A stretch of 64,000 nt of DNA from the NCBI GenBank assembly GCA_904063045.1, contig CAJFCJ010000002.1, forward strand, positions 2,192,422-2,256,421, read 5' to 3'. The first letter of the stretch is position 1, and every line of letters starts with the position of its first letter. The position numbers and the translations under genes are program-made. This DNA comes from Dimorphilus gyrociliatus. Lineage: Eukaryota > Animalia > Annelida. Positions 12,185 to 27,200 of this stretch are shown one piece after another. Below the pieces are notes generated by a model. The model did no database searches and was not told the origin of the DNA. It saw nothing but the letters and a program-made list of their open reading frames with translations.

Positions 12185-14703
12185 TTAACTAGACATTTGA
12201 GCTAGGATGGAAGCAACACTTTCTTTTTCATTAACTTGTTCCTCGTTATTACCTTTTTCTTCAAGGAAATCATCGCATTTGCCATTGTCAACTTCTTTGT
12301 TAGGTGTATAATTATTACGCTGATCCTCTTCATCCTCTTCGTCCTCTTCTTCATCTTCCTCCTCTTCCTCTTCTTCTTCTTCGTCATCTTCCTCTTCCTC
12401 CTCATCCTTCTCATCTTGAAGAAGCTCTTCCTGATCATTTTGGCCACCTTCCGTTGCACACATACCGGGTTTCTTTCCTATTCTGGGCTTAGCTACGAAT
12501 TGAACATCATCTTCTTCTCCTGTAAATCCTGGATTGCTTATGAGAAATTGTTGAGCATTTCCGGTGGAACCAGAAATTACGGCAACCTCTTCATATTCTT
12601 TACCGTGCTCTTCTTCCAAATGAGCTACAGCTTCCTTCTTTCTCCTAAATCCACCATAACAAACGGAACAATAGTAGGGGAATTTTCTCAGATGAACGCC
12701 AAGCATATGTTGCATCATGTTCCCTTTAACTGTGAATCTTTTTGAACAATATTCGCATTGAAACCTTTTCCCTTGTTTTCGTTCGTGTACTATTTCAATA
12801 TGTTTCAACATATTATCCCTTAAATGGAATCCTTTACCGCAATAACTGCAAAACTCCCTGTGTTCACCGTGAATAAATTTATGCCTCCTTAATCTCCCTT
12901 TCGTTAAAAAGTCTTTACCGCATTCGTCGCATTGGAAAACTTCGGTTGTATCGTGTACGCAGTTTATGTGTTCCCTTAAGGAACGACGCTCTGTAAATGT
13001 TGCGCTGCATCCAGAACATTCATATTTCCGGTCGGAAGAATGACATTGGCGAACGTGCTGTCTAAGTGATATATCGGTTTTATAGGATTTTTGGCAAATA
13101 TCGCATGTGACACGTTCATTTTGTTCATGCTTTTGTTTGATATGAGCAGCCATGTTGGATGATGATGAGACAAGAACTTTACAAATTGGGCAGGGAACAC
13201 GCATTAGAGGCCGAATTTCTGATATGTAATCGTTTACATCGTCTTCTTCGCCGTGTATATTTTTGACATGACGGAAAAGATAAGAATAGTCCCTAACAGT
13301 AGCATCGCAGTAACGACAATGTATGACAATATCTTCCCTAGCATATCGCCTTCTTCCACGACCTCTACCGCGTCCTCTACGAGGGGCAGTGGGTTCATTT
13401 CGAATACGCCCAGTTGGAATAAATTTAAACTTTTTTCCCTCAGCATTTGTGAAAGTAGTAATCGGTGGTAGGTCAGATTTTCCTTCTTCCTCTTGCTCTT
13501 TTAGTTCAAGACCTTTAACTTCGTTGTTATCCGTACTGGCTGATAACTTGACACTAGAGCAATTAAGAACTACCTTCTTCAATTGTAATTTTTCGTCCTC
13601 TGTTAAAGTTGATTCGTTTATTAAAGTCTTAAGAATTTCGGTATCATTTGTCCAAATTTGTGTTTCTTTAGAGCCTTGATCGTCTTTATCAGCTTTAAAG
13701 CAAGCAGTTTCGGAAACTTCAGACTCTGTAAAGGCTTTGGCTAAGCGCTTTTTCTGTGGTAGGCACGCATCGAAATTATATACATCTCCTTTTGAGGATT
13801 TATCGTCTGGCTTCTTCCACAGTTCCTCCTCTGGTCTAAGCTTTTCAGCAATATCCGCTAAACGCTCTAATTCTCTTTCACAGAACTCTTCATCGTCTTT
13901 ACCGTTGTTTACTTCTGGCTTTAAATCGGTTTTTAACCGTTTTCTCGCCGCTATTTTATCTGAGGACGAACGCTTAGGTTTCTGTGCAACTTCTTCGCCT
14001 TCATCGTTGTCAGTAGAAGTTGCGCTTTCGATACGATATTCACAATATTCTTTAAAATCTTCCTTACTAACAGTTTCCACATCAACGGAAAGAACTGTAT
14101 TTAGACAATAAACTATATAATTTTAATCAAGGAAAATGTAGGCCTACAGCAAAGAAATATATTAATAACGCACAAAGAATAGAAAGAAAAACATTTCATT
14201 GAGACTATAAAATGAAACATTCTAATCACCTAATCTTGTTATTAGCAGTCTGAAAGGGTTTGTTACAAAATAATGCTACTTTTAGACTATGCTTTTCAAA
14301 GGTGTATATTGGTCAATGGAAGAGAATTGTTTAATTATCATTTTCTGATTCAACACGCATGGGGGCATTGTTACACAGGTATTACAACTTTACACAACGA
14401 AAACTGTAAAGCCGCCATATTGAATTCGAAACTACTGTAAAACTGCAATGCGTGTATTGAAATATTCTTGCATGCGTACGTTATAATCATATAGATGGTT
14501 ATAGATTAAAAAAATATCGAACCTGTGACGTTGATCTTTACTGAATTATCCTCTAGTCTTTGTAGAGTAATTTCACTGCCAGTATTTTCTTGAGAATTCA
14601 ACGCTCGAAAGCAGGCCTTTACTTGATGTTTAAGATGATAACAAGCGTCTACAACATTATCTGGTAAAACTAATTCGACGCTTGAAATGACGTCCCCTTT
14701 CAT
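12185..14703 (-). CDS. C2H2 zinc-finger protein (8 fingers, RG-repeat, acidic C-terminal tail)
   Basis: Eight CxxC..HxxxH/HxxxxH fingers, PRRGRGRGRGRRR and a poly-E/D tract. The track's start at 14080 is GTG; a phase-1 intron (14522-14095) links it to an ATG exon at 14703-14523. Confidence 0.85.
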
Positions 14704-15238
14704 TTTAATAAATGTTTGAATAGGAGATATTTTCAATTAACTTTATGTTAAGCATCTTTTTCTCCGTGACCTGACCCGGAAGTGCCTAGAATTAAGCCAA
14801 TTTTATCGTACGAAAATAGGACTAAAGATAAATATAATTAATAAAAAAATATAATCATTTTAATGAGTAAATTTTGCAATTTTTTCATAATTTATAGCAA
14901 AAAATGTTTCTTTGTTATTCCTGCTCATAGATGGCGTTTGGATAGGAAGGTAACAATTAGTGGCGCCACCTAAAAATAGATTCATGTAAGCAATGGAAAA
15001 ATCTACGATAAATTTACATTTCAATACTATAAATATAAATAAAGACATTGAAGAGAATATTTATAATTATGTGATTAATTAATCATTAATAATATTCCAA
15101 ACGTATGTTTATTCAAACGTATAATTTGCCAATGGTCATGTTCAAAAAAATTTCTCGTGTATACATTGTACATAAAGGAAAAACAATAAAACTTTAAAGT
15201 ATTTTTGATTAATTGATATATGTTATACTATATCCATT

Positions 15239-18200
15239 TTATTTAGTATCGCACAGAAGACCCACTCCTCTTAAAATCCAATGATCGGCATCCTTTGGAG
15301 TTTTTAATAACAGCGGGAAAATGTAGTTCAGATCTGTTCTTCTTGGTTTCTTGTAAACAGGACATTCATATAAGTTATTTGCTTTTGGTCTTTCCGTGTT
15401 AATTGCGAAGACGTGGACAACGGGTAGCATTGTATATAATACTTTTGCGGTTGGTTCTGACAATTTACAATGTTTTCTATCCCAACCAGCTCCGTCTATG
15501 TATAGTCCATGAATGTAAACTCCTTCTGGTGGTGAATTATTAACGTCTTCTTTCATCATTTTAGTAACATCGTTGTTTAATACGACGGAATCGAGAGCCC
15601 AGCCCTTATGGGCTCTTGTAATTTCTTGTCTCATAGCTGTAAGGAAACCTTGAGGATTAAAGAAGCCTGTCATCCAGAAAGCTTGAGGTCTTCCATCAAA
15701 GAGCCAGCTACGGAATTGAGCATTTCTATCTAGTAGATCTGTGAACCAGAATCCGAGAGTTGCTGATTCCCATGAAATTCTTCTCCATGTATTTGGCACT
15801 CTCGCGTCATACATATTATCCAAAGCATCTCTAAGATTATCCGACATGATAATTGTACCGTCAATAGCCAACTTCAAGTCAATTAAAGTTGTTCTTACTA
15901 AGGAAAGAACTTTTTGTATTCTGTCAATTTCTTGTCGAAGGAAGATGTTCAAAGGTTGTAAATTGCCCATTTTTCTTAATTTATCTTTAACTTCGTGGGG
16001 AACGTAATCTTCAGGAAGTTTTTCCAACATATCATCTGCTAAACGATACACAACTGTTTCTCTAGTCTCTCCTCCGCCGCCACCAGCATCTTTTGGTTGA
16101 ATATTAACGATTGTTGCAAGCATTTCGTTTGCTGTGTTCGTTTGATAAGTAATATCAGCATTAGGATGTAAACCGAATGTTTCAGGTGAATCCACGAGTG
16201 GTAAATTCTCGATAAATGCCCTATATTCATCGATAGTCTTGCATTTAGGTATTTTATATCCGGTGTAAAAATCGAACGTGTCACTAAAAATGTTCTCACC
16301 GAACCAGACTTTAGCGTAAGTATTCAAAAGTCTCTTATCATAATCATCCGTCACTCTTCCACCGTATTGAACTTCTCCAATCATATATCGTACAGTATTC
16401 CAACTAACTCCCTTTTTAGGATCCATGTCGTCCAAGTGATTTTGAACGAATTGAACCGTAGATGTAAAATCGGCCTGATTAAATTCATAGGGAATATTCC
16501 AACCTATAGGACCGAACTTTCTTCTCTCCTGTACTGTTGTATGAAGGAAGGCAACAGCATATAACGTTGGCTTCCATTGAGGAAAGTTGGAATAATCCAA
16601 CATTTCCTGGTTGATAAGACCATACGTTCTCTTTAAGCCAGCTTTGACTCCTTGAGGTGGTTCGGCAGTAAATTTTATAGAAGATTGTAATAAATTGATT
16701 GGGAATTTTGGATGGACTTCGGTTGTGATCCAACAACGGAATCTATCATGCACACTTTCGGTAGATGTAATTGTGTCCAACAATTCGTCCATATAATCAA
16801 GACCTAAATGGCAATTTTGTAGTAATACCCAATGACCGTCAGCCATGGAATTAGATATTAAGCGACGGGCGTGAATTTCTTGGCCTTGACCCATAGAGAT
16901 TGCTCCACATTTTAGACCAACTTTCTTGGCTAATCTTTCGATATTTTCAGTAGGATCAGAACCCATGGACAAGAAACAAATCATGGGATTTCTATTGTTG
17001 CTCTCTTCCCACATAGTTTCCATATTAAGGATAACACCTTCGGCAAATTCTTTACCGAGGGCTTCGGCAACATATGTTTTGGCCATCGGAACAGTTCTAT
17101 CAGGACACCACGAACGAACTAATAATAATTTATGGAAAGTGTCCAAAGAAGTTCCATAACCATCCGGTATTGGAGCATCTTCTGGCGAATCTTCATCGAA
17201 CCACGTTTTCCATGCTTTGTCATTTCTTGCTACTTGTGATAGAATCTGAGTGAATTGTGGTAATTTACTTAATTCGACGAGATTGAGCCAAGTCATATCC
17301 ATAATCCATTTTTTGGGCTTTGGCTCAACAGTGTTCAAATCCAAGGCTGCTCCTCCTTTAATAAAGACTTGGAATTCATCTGCTTTAACCTTTTTCATGT
17401 TCATTTCAATTTTCAAAGTCATAAGTATTGTGAACATAAATTTATCCTCTTCGTACAATCCTCGTGCAGTGTATGCAAATGTTTCATAAGTGAGACAATC
17501 AATGATGTTTTGAATTCTCTTAGTGGTAACTGGTGATTTTACGGATTTGTGCATAGATAAATCAAAGAGTCCCAAAAATTGTCTGAGCGCTGTTTGATAC
17601 ATGACGTTTACCAAAGACATTTCAACTATCAAGAAATAGAGGATAGATCCTCTTGTTGCGACAGGACGGAATTCTTCTCTTGCAGAGTTGATTCTTGTTT
17701 CAGTTTCGGCTGCAATCTTCAATTTTTCACGTACTTCCTCTGAGGTTATCTTGGTTACCCTTAGTACTTCAATTAAACTTTCATCTTCTACTAGAGAACC
17801 CTGTGTCGAAGTCAATCTATAAAGAAGATTATCCTCCAACTCTTTCATTTTTAGATTGTTTGATGTAACTTCTTCTAAAAGTTTTGTTCTTTCGGCTTCT
17901 AATTCCTGTTTCTCAGTTAGAATAACTATACCTAACAATTGATCCTCCAAACCTTTCATTGTAACCGTGAAATCAATAATCGAAGTTTTGGCTGATATTT
18001 CTGGAGTGTAAGCTGGATTTCCTAATTTGGTTGTTATATACAATCTAAATCCATTCATAACATCAACTTCTTTATCCCCAACTTTAACCTTAAATGTTGA
18101 TCCTGATTTGATAAAATTCTTTTCCAAAATATTATCTAGAGCTGGATCAAGTTCTTCACCGACGTCCTCAATAAGTAGAGGCCTTCCTAAACTCAAAGCA

Positions 18201-21200
18201 TCTTCTAGATGGCTTCTAAAATATTTATGATTTAAGCTCGTCACTTGCATTTCATTTGCTGACTCTCTATTTTTGATCCACAATTTGCCTTGCCCCTGAG
18301 GATCTATTAAAAGTGGATATCTTGCTGCTTTCGTAACGATAAGACCATTTTGAATCGATAATTCATCATTAGGTAGACCTTGCAAACTCCATTCACCAAT
18401 AACTGAGGTATGTACCAACATTCCAACAATGTTAAGAGCGTCAGAGTAAGGTATCTTGTTCTGTTGGAGTTCTTTCTTCCAGTTTTTCAGCAATATATTT
18501 CTAAATTCCTGATTAAAGGGACCAGTGTACGATAGGAAACCTGTGGCAAGTAAAACGTCTCCTACTAATTTCTGGATCTCTGCTTCAAACGTTTTTGAAG
18601 CTTCGGTCCATCTTATTCTTTCTCCTGACAATCCTTCGATCAAAGCTGTAGCATTACCCATCTTTCTTCTGCAAGCTTCGGCATCTTCTAAAAGAGTTTG
18701 TTTCTCAGCCATGGCCGCATCGTACATGGCTTGAACTTCATCCAATTCTCTCTGCTTTTCGTCCAACTGAGCTTGAGCAGTTTCTAAATCTCTTGTAGCC
18801 ACCGATAATTTTGCCTCTTGAACCGCTAAATTAGCTTTAAGAGGCAGTACTTCTTTGTTGATACCAAAAAAAACAGCCATCGCAGTTGTCCAAGAACAAA
18901 GTCCAGCTACATCGCCACAAACTTTCTTAGCTGATTCCAAGTTATAATCTTCCATAGTGATATAGGGCGTTAATAATTCAACTGTTTCTTCATTGATAGT
19001 ATCTTTTGGGAAGGTTAGAAGTCCATTCAAGAAATTACTAGCAGACATCAATTTTAGAGCCTCACTCCAAGACGGTTTGGGGCAGGCTCTTTCTGGATCA
19101 GCAGAAACGGGCTCTAATTTTCTCTGAAACAATAACAATACGCAATCCATGATTCTCATGATCAAATGCGGAGGTTTGCCTAATTTTCTGACTGTTGAAA
19201 TATGACTTGGTTTGATGGTCTGCAAAGCAGCCTCGGCTTCCTCTAAAGCTGGCCTGGCTGCTTCCAGTTTACCTTCTGCTATCAACTTATCAGCTGCAAT
19301 TTCATCTACAATTTTCTGGGCCTTATCTTTCACTTTTTGTACTTGAGTCTTAACCTTCTCAGCTGCTTGAGCTTTTGATGTCACCTCCTGTAGTACTTCA
19401 TCTGCTTTTTTATTGGCTACAGCTAATTCTTTTTCCTTAACAGCAAGTTCCTTGGAGAGTTCATTAACAGATTCTGTGGCTTCCATGAGTTTCTTTAAAC
19501 CGTTATTCATTCTTTCCGCTAATTCTCCAATTTCATCTTTTTTCATCGTATAAATAGATTTATAGCCATTTATAAAAGATAGATATGACTTGGGTGTAAC
19601 ATGAGTTTGTCTCCTGAACCTTTGGAAATAATCTGTGCAAACTTCGGCAACCATATCTTGAAACACTCCCATTGTGTTTACCACTGCTTGCTTAACAGTT
19701 GGTGAACAGACGATACTGAAATCAGCGAGGAAATGATTACTAACAGCAATAAGAGCATCTTTAGGCCAACGTTGGAACCAATCCATGGTACAACCGGAAA
19801 TTAAACCGGGGAATTTAAGTGACCTGGACCTAAATTTTTCACCAACTGGACTGAAACATAATGCAACGTGGAGATTAGCTTTAACTCTTGACATATAATA
19901 ATCATATAGATTCTCATTAGTTGGAGGTCTCCTCGGGAACTCGCGCTTCATTACACCAATTAATTCTTGGAGTATTTCGTCCATTTCATCTCTAGCAAAT
20001 AAGTTTGATACTTCTCCTGAACTCAATACGTTGTTCATGTATTCCAGGAAACCTTCATCCTTTATCTCATTGTCAGTAAAAAGGAAAGTAATGCCCTTTC
20101 CTTCAGCTCCAGAAGTCCTATAGAGATATTTCAAATCTTCCATGAGGTTTGAAATGTTATATGATCTAGTCAGAGTAATTTGAAATATTTTATAACCAGC
20201 AATGAAAGATGCTAATCTTGTTAGAGATTGTTTTCCTGAGCCACCAACACCTACCAATAGGGCATGACCTTTTGGTGTTCTAATAATTCTGCTAATTTTC
20301 ACTAAATTTGTCATGGCATCTTCAAAGAAAACCAAGTCCATTTTTCCTCCTCTTACCATTTCGTTATATTGTTGTTGATAAGATTTTAACTTTTCGGAGA
20401 GCTGCTCGAAGGAGTCAATTGGTTCATAAATTTTCGGAGCGTCTAAATCAACGTCGTCTCCTTCTTCACCTATTGTTAATAGTTGTATGAGACGAATTCA
20501 TATGTTAATATTTTCGCTGTTGTACATTATATTTATAACATATAAAGCTGTAGACCTTAATAGGGGAATAATATTGAGGGAATGTTATACCTATGGACTT
20601 CTTGCGTATGATAGTACAACATATGATTTCTCATTCATGCATTTGTATATTTTAAGAAACATTGACTACTAATTTAAGTAATGAAGTGAAGGTTACTACT
20701 GGGATATCTAATACCTTTTGGTCGAGGTTTGCCCTCGCTATCCTTAGGAGGTTCCATTAGAACTAATTTTTTAATTATCATTAGTTATTATTAATATTAT
20801 TTAGACTTTGGTAGAAGAATAATGTTTAGGAAGGGGAGAAAATTATGATAATAGTAAAGCATTACTTACCAGTTGGTTCGGGAGCATCTCGTAAGAAATC
20901 AACGAAATAGGGAGTCTCTTGCATTTCTTTTAAATTATTACTGCCGCAATCTTCTTCGGCAGTCTGTTTAAGAGCCAATTCAAACCAATCCTTATCGGCA
21001 AAAGTTGTAAATCGATCTGCAATAACTCTATAGCATTCGTGTTTCCACAAAGACATAATTATATCGGGTGTTTTGACAACGTCAGCAGTTGTAACAAGCA
21101 TACCCTGCCAAATTCTTGATAAATCTCTTAAGTTAAAAACGTAATGAAACTTTGCTGGCGTTGGAAGCATCTTGATTTTTACTTTTTGCCATAAGCGTCT

Positions 21201-24200
21201 AGTTGCGGGTACTAATTTTTCAACTATTTGACAAACTTCATCTGGGAAGTTTCTTTCCTTACAGAAATAACCAGAACCGATAGTTTTAAAAATTTTATCG
21301 ATAGAGGCATTCGATGGCAACGTACAGTTAAATATATTAAATTGTCTCTTTAATCTTTGAGGGATATCATTTCTTCCACCACCGGGATGAATCATAGCTC
21401 CCATCATTTGAATATCAACAATAGTTGTAAATTCTCCTGGTTTTTCTAGATTGTAAAAGCCCTTCATTTCCATCATCTGTCTTGTAATTTCGTTTGTTAC
21501 TTGATCTCCCCATTCGTTAATAATTGGCATATTAATATCATCAACAAATACTGTCATTTTCTTTCCTGCAGGGGGACCATATGTTGTACCCATTCTTTTG
21601 TCAACATAACTTTCAACTGTTCTTTGAAACATATATGGAGTCGAAGCAGATGAGAAATTGAATGATTTGAACATATGTTGCTCTGGATCATATTTTCCGC
21701 AATATCCTTGAATCATAACTGTCTTAGCTGAACCCTGTTCACCGATGAGAAGAACTGCTTTACCCTGTTTTGCTATTGTATGTATAAGAAAATCGGTTCT
21801 TGTATTGTCAACGTTAGGTACTAAAATAGTTAGGTAATCTGGAATAGAATCGGATGGATAAGTGTATTCTGGGACTCGTTTTTCCCAGTGTTCCCAGTCG
21901 CCATTCTCTCCAGGAACATATTCAAATATGGTGTCTTCCCCTGAAATTGGAGGTAGATTTAAACTACTCTCGTGACTTTGGAAAAACTCTTGCATTTTTT
22001 TCCTATCATCTATTTCAAGTAATGCTCCTAGTGACCACATTATACAAAATACAATAAGATTTTGAAGGTGATTTTTGCTTAGGTCCTTAGAAGATTCATC
22101 ATTTCCTGGTAATAAACCAGTTAGCAAATCGAGAGCTTGCCTGGTGTACATGCATTCCAAAATTTCCATTTTCGGATTTAAATTTTGTGTAACAAATTTG
22201 TATAAATCCGGATAAATCGATTCAAAAGTATCCAGTATGGTATCTTGTCTATTAGGCGGTTGATGTAGGAGCCAACCCTTCAAAATAGGCTCCCAGTCCA
22301 TAATGGAACTTGACATGAAGACCATACCGTTTCTCGATACGGTAGCTGGGGAGGCGTTGTCAATGTTATGAACCTCAAAAACAATCTTACAATTTGGGGC
22401 CATAGGAATACGATCACCGTTAGCTAATGTTAAAGTTTTATTATCGTCCAGTACAGAGTTAAGATTTTCAATCCATATAGCGTCTACTGGACCATCCAAC
22501 AACAACCATATATGTTCACCCTTTTTAGCTTTGTGAGTTCTTCTCCATAGCGTTGAGAAAATACCGTCAGTCCAATCATTAGTTGAAACGTCTAGTCTGC
22601 CGAACATTTGAGGAGCTGTAATAGCTTTAGGATTCATTCTCATCTCTCGATGGGGTTCGCCGCATTCGCTCATGGCCTTCATAAGTACATGAATACAGCA
22701 AGTCTTACCAGCTCCAGATGGTCCAAGCGTCATCATACCATGACGAACCCTCTGCGTTTCGAACAATTGGATAAGTTTCAATACCCATGGGGCATGATGG
22801 ACCAGTTTGAATTGGGCTACTTGATTTTCAATAGCTTTTTCTGTTTCTGGATAACCAGCCTTATCTAGGACCATACCTGGGAAAAGATCGTCAATTAAAG
22901 ACATAAACAATGGTTCATCTTCATCAACCAATTTAGATAAGTTCATATCTCTAAGAACTCTCATAACGATTGTTGATTCAGAGTCCTCAGGATTTGCTCT
23001 TTTGAATGCTCCTAAAGTACGGAGAACGGATAAAATGTTACGTAAGCCAAAATCGTAATGGACTTGTTTTGATAATTGTTCTTCGCATAGTTTATATAGA
23101 GTGTAGAATTTTTTGGACAAAATTTGATTTTGGAGGAAACCACAGGAGGCCAATTTTACACGTATAATAATAGCTCTGTCTGGAACCATCATGGCAACAG
23201 TTCTAAAGTTAATTTTTAGATTTTCAGGCAGTTCTTGACGTCCAGCATAACCAGGATTCATTGTTAAGAAAAGACCAAATTCTGGATCCAAATCGACCAG
23301 ATCACCATCTGTAAAGATAAACTGAGACTTTCTCTCCTTCTTGCAGTTTAGAACAATAGCAATTTGTTGGGCAGCCACAGATAAAACAGGAAGTTCAATA
23401 CGATTGAATTCGTCGAAACAACCCCACGAACCAGATTGGGCCAAACCTTTGTAAATTCTTCCAAGACCACGGTAATCCATCTGATCCGAACAATTGAACA
23501 CTACAACGTATTTTCCCAAGCATCTACCCATATCTTTTGTTGTCTCTGTTTTACCCGTTCCAGCTGGACCGGCTGGAGCTCCTCCTAAAGACATACCAAG
23601 GGCTTGTGACAGTGTAATATAACACCTGTCAGTTAAAGGAGTAATTACCAATCTTTCTGTACAGCCCAAAAATTCGTTTTGGTATATAAAATCAACATCT
23701 GTAATCGATACAAGACATTTATCTTCGTCCTCTTTAAAGTAGAATCTAGATTGTTTCAACCATTCAAAATCACCAGGTGACCTAATGTGCATTTTAACTA
23801 AATCATCAAATATATCTTTTTGATGTACGTGAATTGTAATCAACGTTTCAAATTTAGTTCTTTCAATCTTTGTCAAATCTTGTGTTGTGACATCGATAAG
23901 ACAGGTAAGAATATCGCCAAATTTCTGATTTGTCTGCTGCATGATCTTCTTATCGGATCTAGCACCTTGTAAAGCTATTTCAGAATCTCTTGTCCAGATC
24001 ATTTGTAAGGCTAGCAGACCAACCTGAGCAGGGAACATATTTTCAAACTCTATCAATTTAAATTGTGGGTCACCAATAGATATTGAAGCAGCTCTTATGA
24101 TGGAATGAATAGATTTTCTTGACATTGCTAACAATTCGGCTAACCAATTTTCAACGTTACCTTGGGCCATTATGGGACCATCCAAAGGTACAGTTTCGCC

Positions 24201-27200
24201 TTCTTGTGAATTTAGCTGTAATATCTTGTCATAAACTTTATCATCGAATGTTACTGTTCTAGTATTATCAAAAACGCTTAATAAATGAGCTTGGATAGTA
24301 TGAGAATCAGAAGCTTGACCTAAGATTTCCAATAGTGCAGGATCAGATACAAAAAAGAATCTTGGAAATAGTAATCTCTTCTTCTCTAGATATCCTGTTA
24401 AAGATTTTTGACACATTTCTAACTGTTCTAAAAGATGAGGTAATAGTTGACTAAGAGTATCATCGCCCATGCAACATTGTACAACATTTGGATTTTCATG
24501 AGCTTTTTGCATAATTTTTATCCATGATTTATCTATATTGGAAAACCTTTTGGCTTCTTGTGGCAACTGCTTGGCAATATCTCCACCAACGAAAACAGCC
24601 TCCAAATATATCCACAAGTTTTGAACGGTTAGCCAGTTTTCTATTATTTCTGTTGTACCGGTTAACTTGTGAACCCAATCTTGGATTTGTGGTTTGAAAG
24701 GTGCGTTATATCTGTTTGACATGAGTGATCCTAATATCATAAGAGAGTCTTCCATAAGAGATACAGTTTCCGATGTTGTATCTCCTTTCAATAAAAGTTC
24801 ACCGCGAGTTTTAAATGCACCAAATTGAAAGTTTTGGACAGACCAATCGCTGATAACTTGCTTTAATTTTGCATCAATATCCTTTTCTTTCACAGCTGAT
24901 ATGCAAATATCTTCAATATCTTCTTTATGATCTAATAATGGTGCTTCCATGATATTTTTTAGTAAAAAGTTATCACTTTCAACATCGAATTGATGGTTTG
25001 TAACATTAGCCATTCTATCCCAATGACGAGTCATCATTGCTTTGTTGGCCATCATTTCCAAAAGAGGGCAAGTTTCGTTAAAATCATCAATCTTTTTACG
25101 AAGTTCCTCATACGCTTGCCAATCTCTTAGAGCTTTAGGCAACTTTCGGCATTTATTTTGGAAGTCAAGTAAATCTGAGTTAATTTTCTCTATTTCAATT
25201 TCAACCCAGGAAATCTCATTGTAGCCGTCGATTGTTTCCAAAACGGCATTGTATAGTGAATAAAGTTTCTGTAAAAGGTTAAGCTCTTTTCGGATACGTT
25301 GTAATTCAGGATATTCTGTAACTGGCAAGCCAAATAGCTCTTCTCCTCCTGAATAAGTTTGAAATTTTCTCCATAATTCGTCGAAACGTGCTTGAAAGAT
25401 GTTGAGACGATCACTTGCCTCTCGGGGAGGTGTACCTTGAACCATTGGACCATTTTTATCGTAATCTTCAACGAATACATCAACGTCGACAATATACTTT
25501 TCAACCCCGCCCAACAGATTAGATTTAAATTGCGGTTGAATTTCCAAAAGATGACTCTGGACAACGGATGCTTGGGCTTTAAGCTTTTTCCAGCCGTAAG
25601 CCAAAGTGTCAACCCTTTCGGCATTTCCGTCGTTAAAGAAAAGATTATATTTGTTTAAGAGAGCATAAGCCTCTTCAATAGGACCTATAGTTAAATCTAT
25701 TTTAATTTCGTTGTCTCTTATCTCTGCTAAAGCGGCCATGTGAGCTCGTACATCGTCAAGATCTTTAACAGGTCTGCATAGCCGTTTCATGACATTGTCG
25801 AACCATTCAACGGTTTCATCCATCTCCCTGGCACATTTCTCATTCAAGTGTTTACCATAGGCTATTTTCCATGCTTTACATTCGGCTATTAAACCCTGCT
25901 TTAATCTGTCGGTGATCAATAACAATGGACCAACTCTAGCCGATGGTTGCAGATCATCAATGGTTTGCTCTAGATTCTATAAGAAACAAAATTTTATATA
26001 ATAAGAAAAGTATGTAAATGTAAAATTAAACTTAAATCTTACGTTGTATTGTCTTAATTGTCCTTCAAACTCGGTCATTATTGGGTTTGATTCCATAAAT
26101 TCTTTAACCTTTATTTCAATTTCACCTTCCCACAATTCACCGTAACATGCCCATGTTTCTAATAATTCTAAAACATCACTTTTAAAAGTTGAAACAATTG
26201 CATTCAGTTGAATGACGATTTTAACAACATCCTTGTGATCAGCAATAATTTTGTGAAGGGGCTTTATAATATTCTGAGGCATTACTTTCGCAACATCTTC
26301 CCCTTGTTCAGCTGCTCCCATTTCCAATTCCTAAAAATATCCCAAAAAAGGGTTCAAGAATGTTTAATTTTTTTAAATATCATCTGCAAGCAAAATAGAA
26401 TGTGGTGTGCTGTATTTTGTGCCGCACACTATGTCATGCAAAAAGGGTCAAAGGTGAATGAGGGTATTTTGTTTGGTGGGGATAACACAGAAAGAATCAC
26501 ACCTTGTTTCGGTTAGTATCTCTTGAAGCCATTAGGAGACGCTGTTAAAAAATTAGATATGCACAGCAAACAGTGAAAATTTACGACTGCAGTTTACGAA
26601 GGGTAGGTACCAGGCGATAAGATAATTCAATAGATGTCTTGCAAATAGAATAGAGAATTTTTTAAGTGAAAGCAAAAATATCTATTGAATTATATCAGAT
26701 AGATTTGGTACCGTTATCAGTTTACATCATTTAACAAACCTTTTGTTGTAAGCGTTGTTGTAGCTGTAAATGCTGCCATTGAGGTATACCTTGAGCCATC
26801 TTAACGATAATTTGCACAACGTTTTGTAAAACGCTTTGAACCTCTTCAAGGCTGGGCTTCATAACAACATTTGGTATTGCAAGGACTATATCAGCTTTTA
26901 AAAGAGCTGGTTTTTGTTCAATCTGCATTTCATCTCTTAAATATTTACTTGGAACGTGCATTCTCCTCTTGATAGAATCTAATGAAAGTCTTGTGCATTT
27001 GACCAGAGCTTCTGTATTTCTTGTTGTGTAAGTGTTTAGGAAAACATGATAGGCGTCAGGCTCCTTGTCATTGGAATCCTTCTCATCGTGACCTATCATT
27101 TTTGATATTTCTGATGGCGATAATGGAGCTTTCAACATTTCTAATAACTCATCAACAGCCTTTTCTACAACCATAGATTGTTTGGCAAGATCGGCTGCGG

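Noticed and set aside
12202-12459. Lys/Arg-rich protamine-like ORF
   Set aside because: It is a shifted frame of the GAA/GAG/GAT acidic tract of the zinc-finger CDS; a low-complexity artefact.
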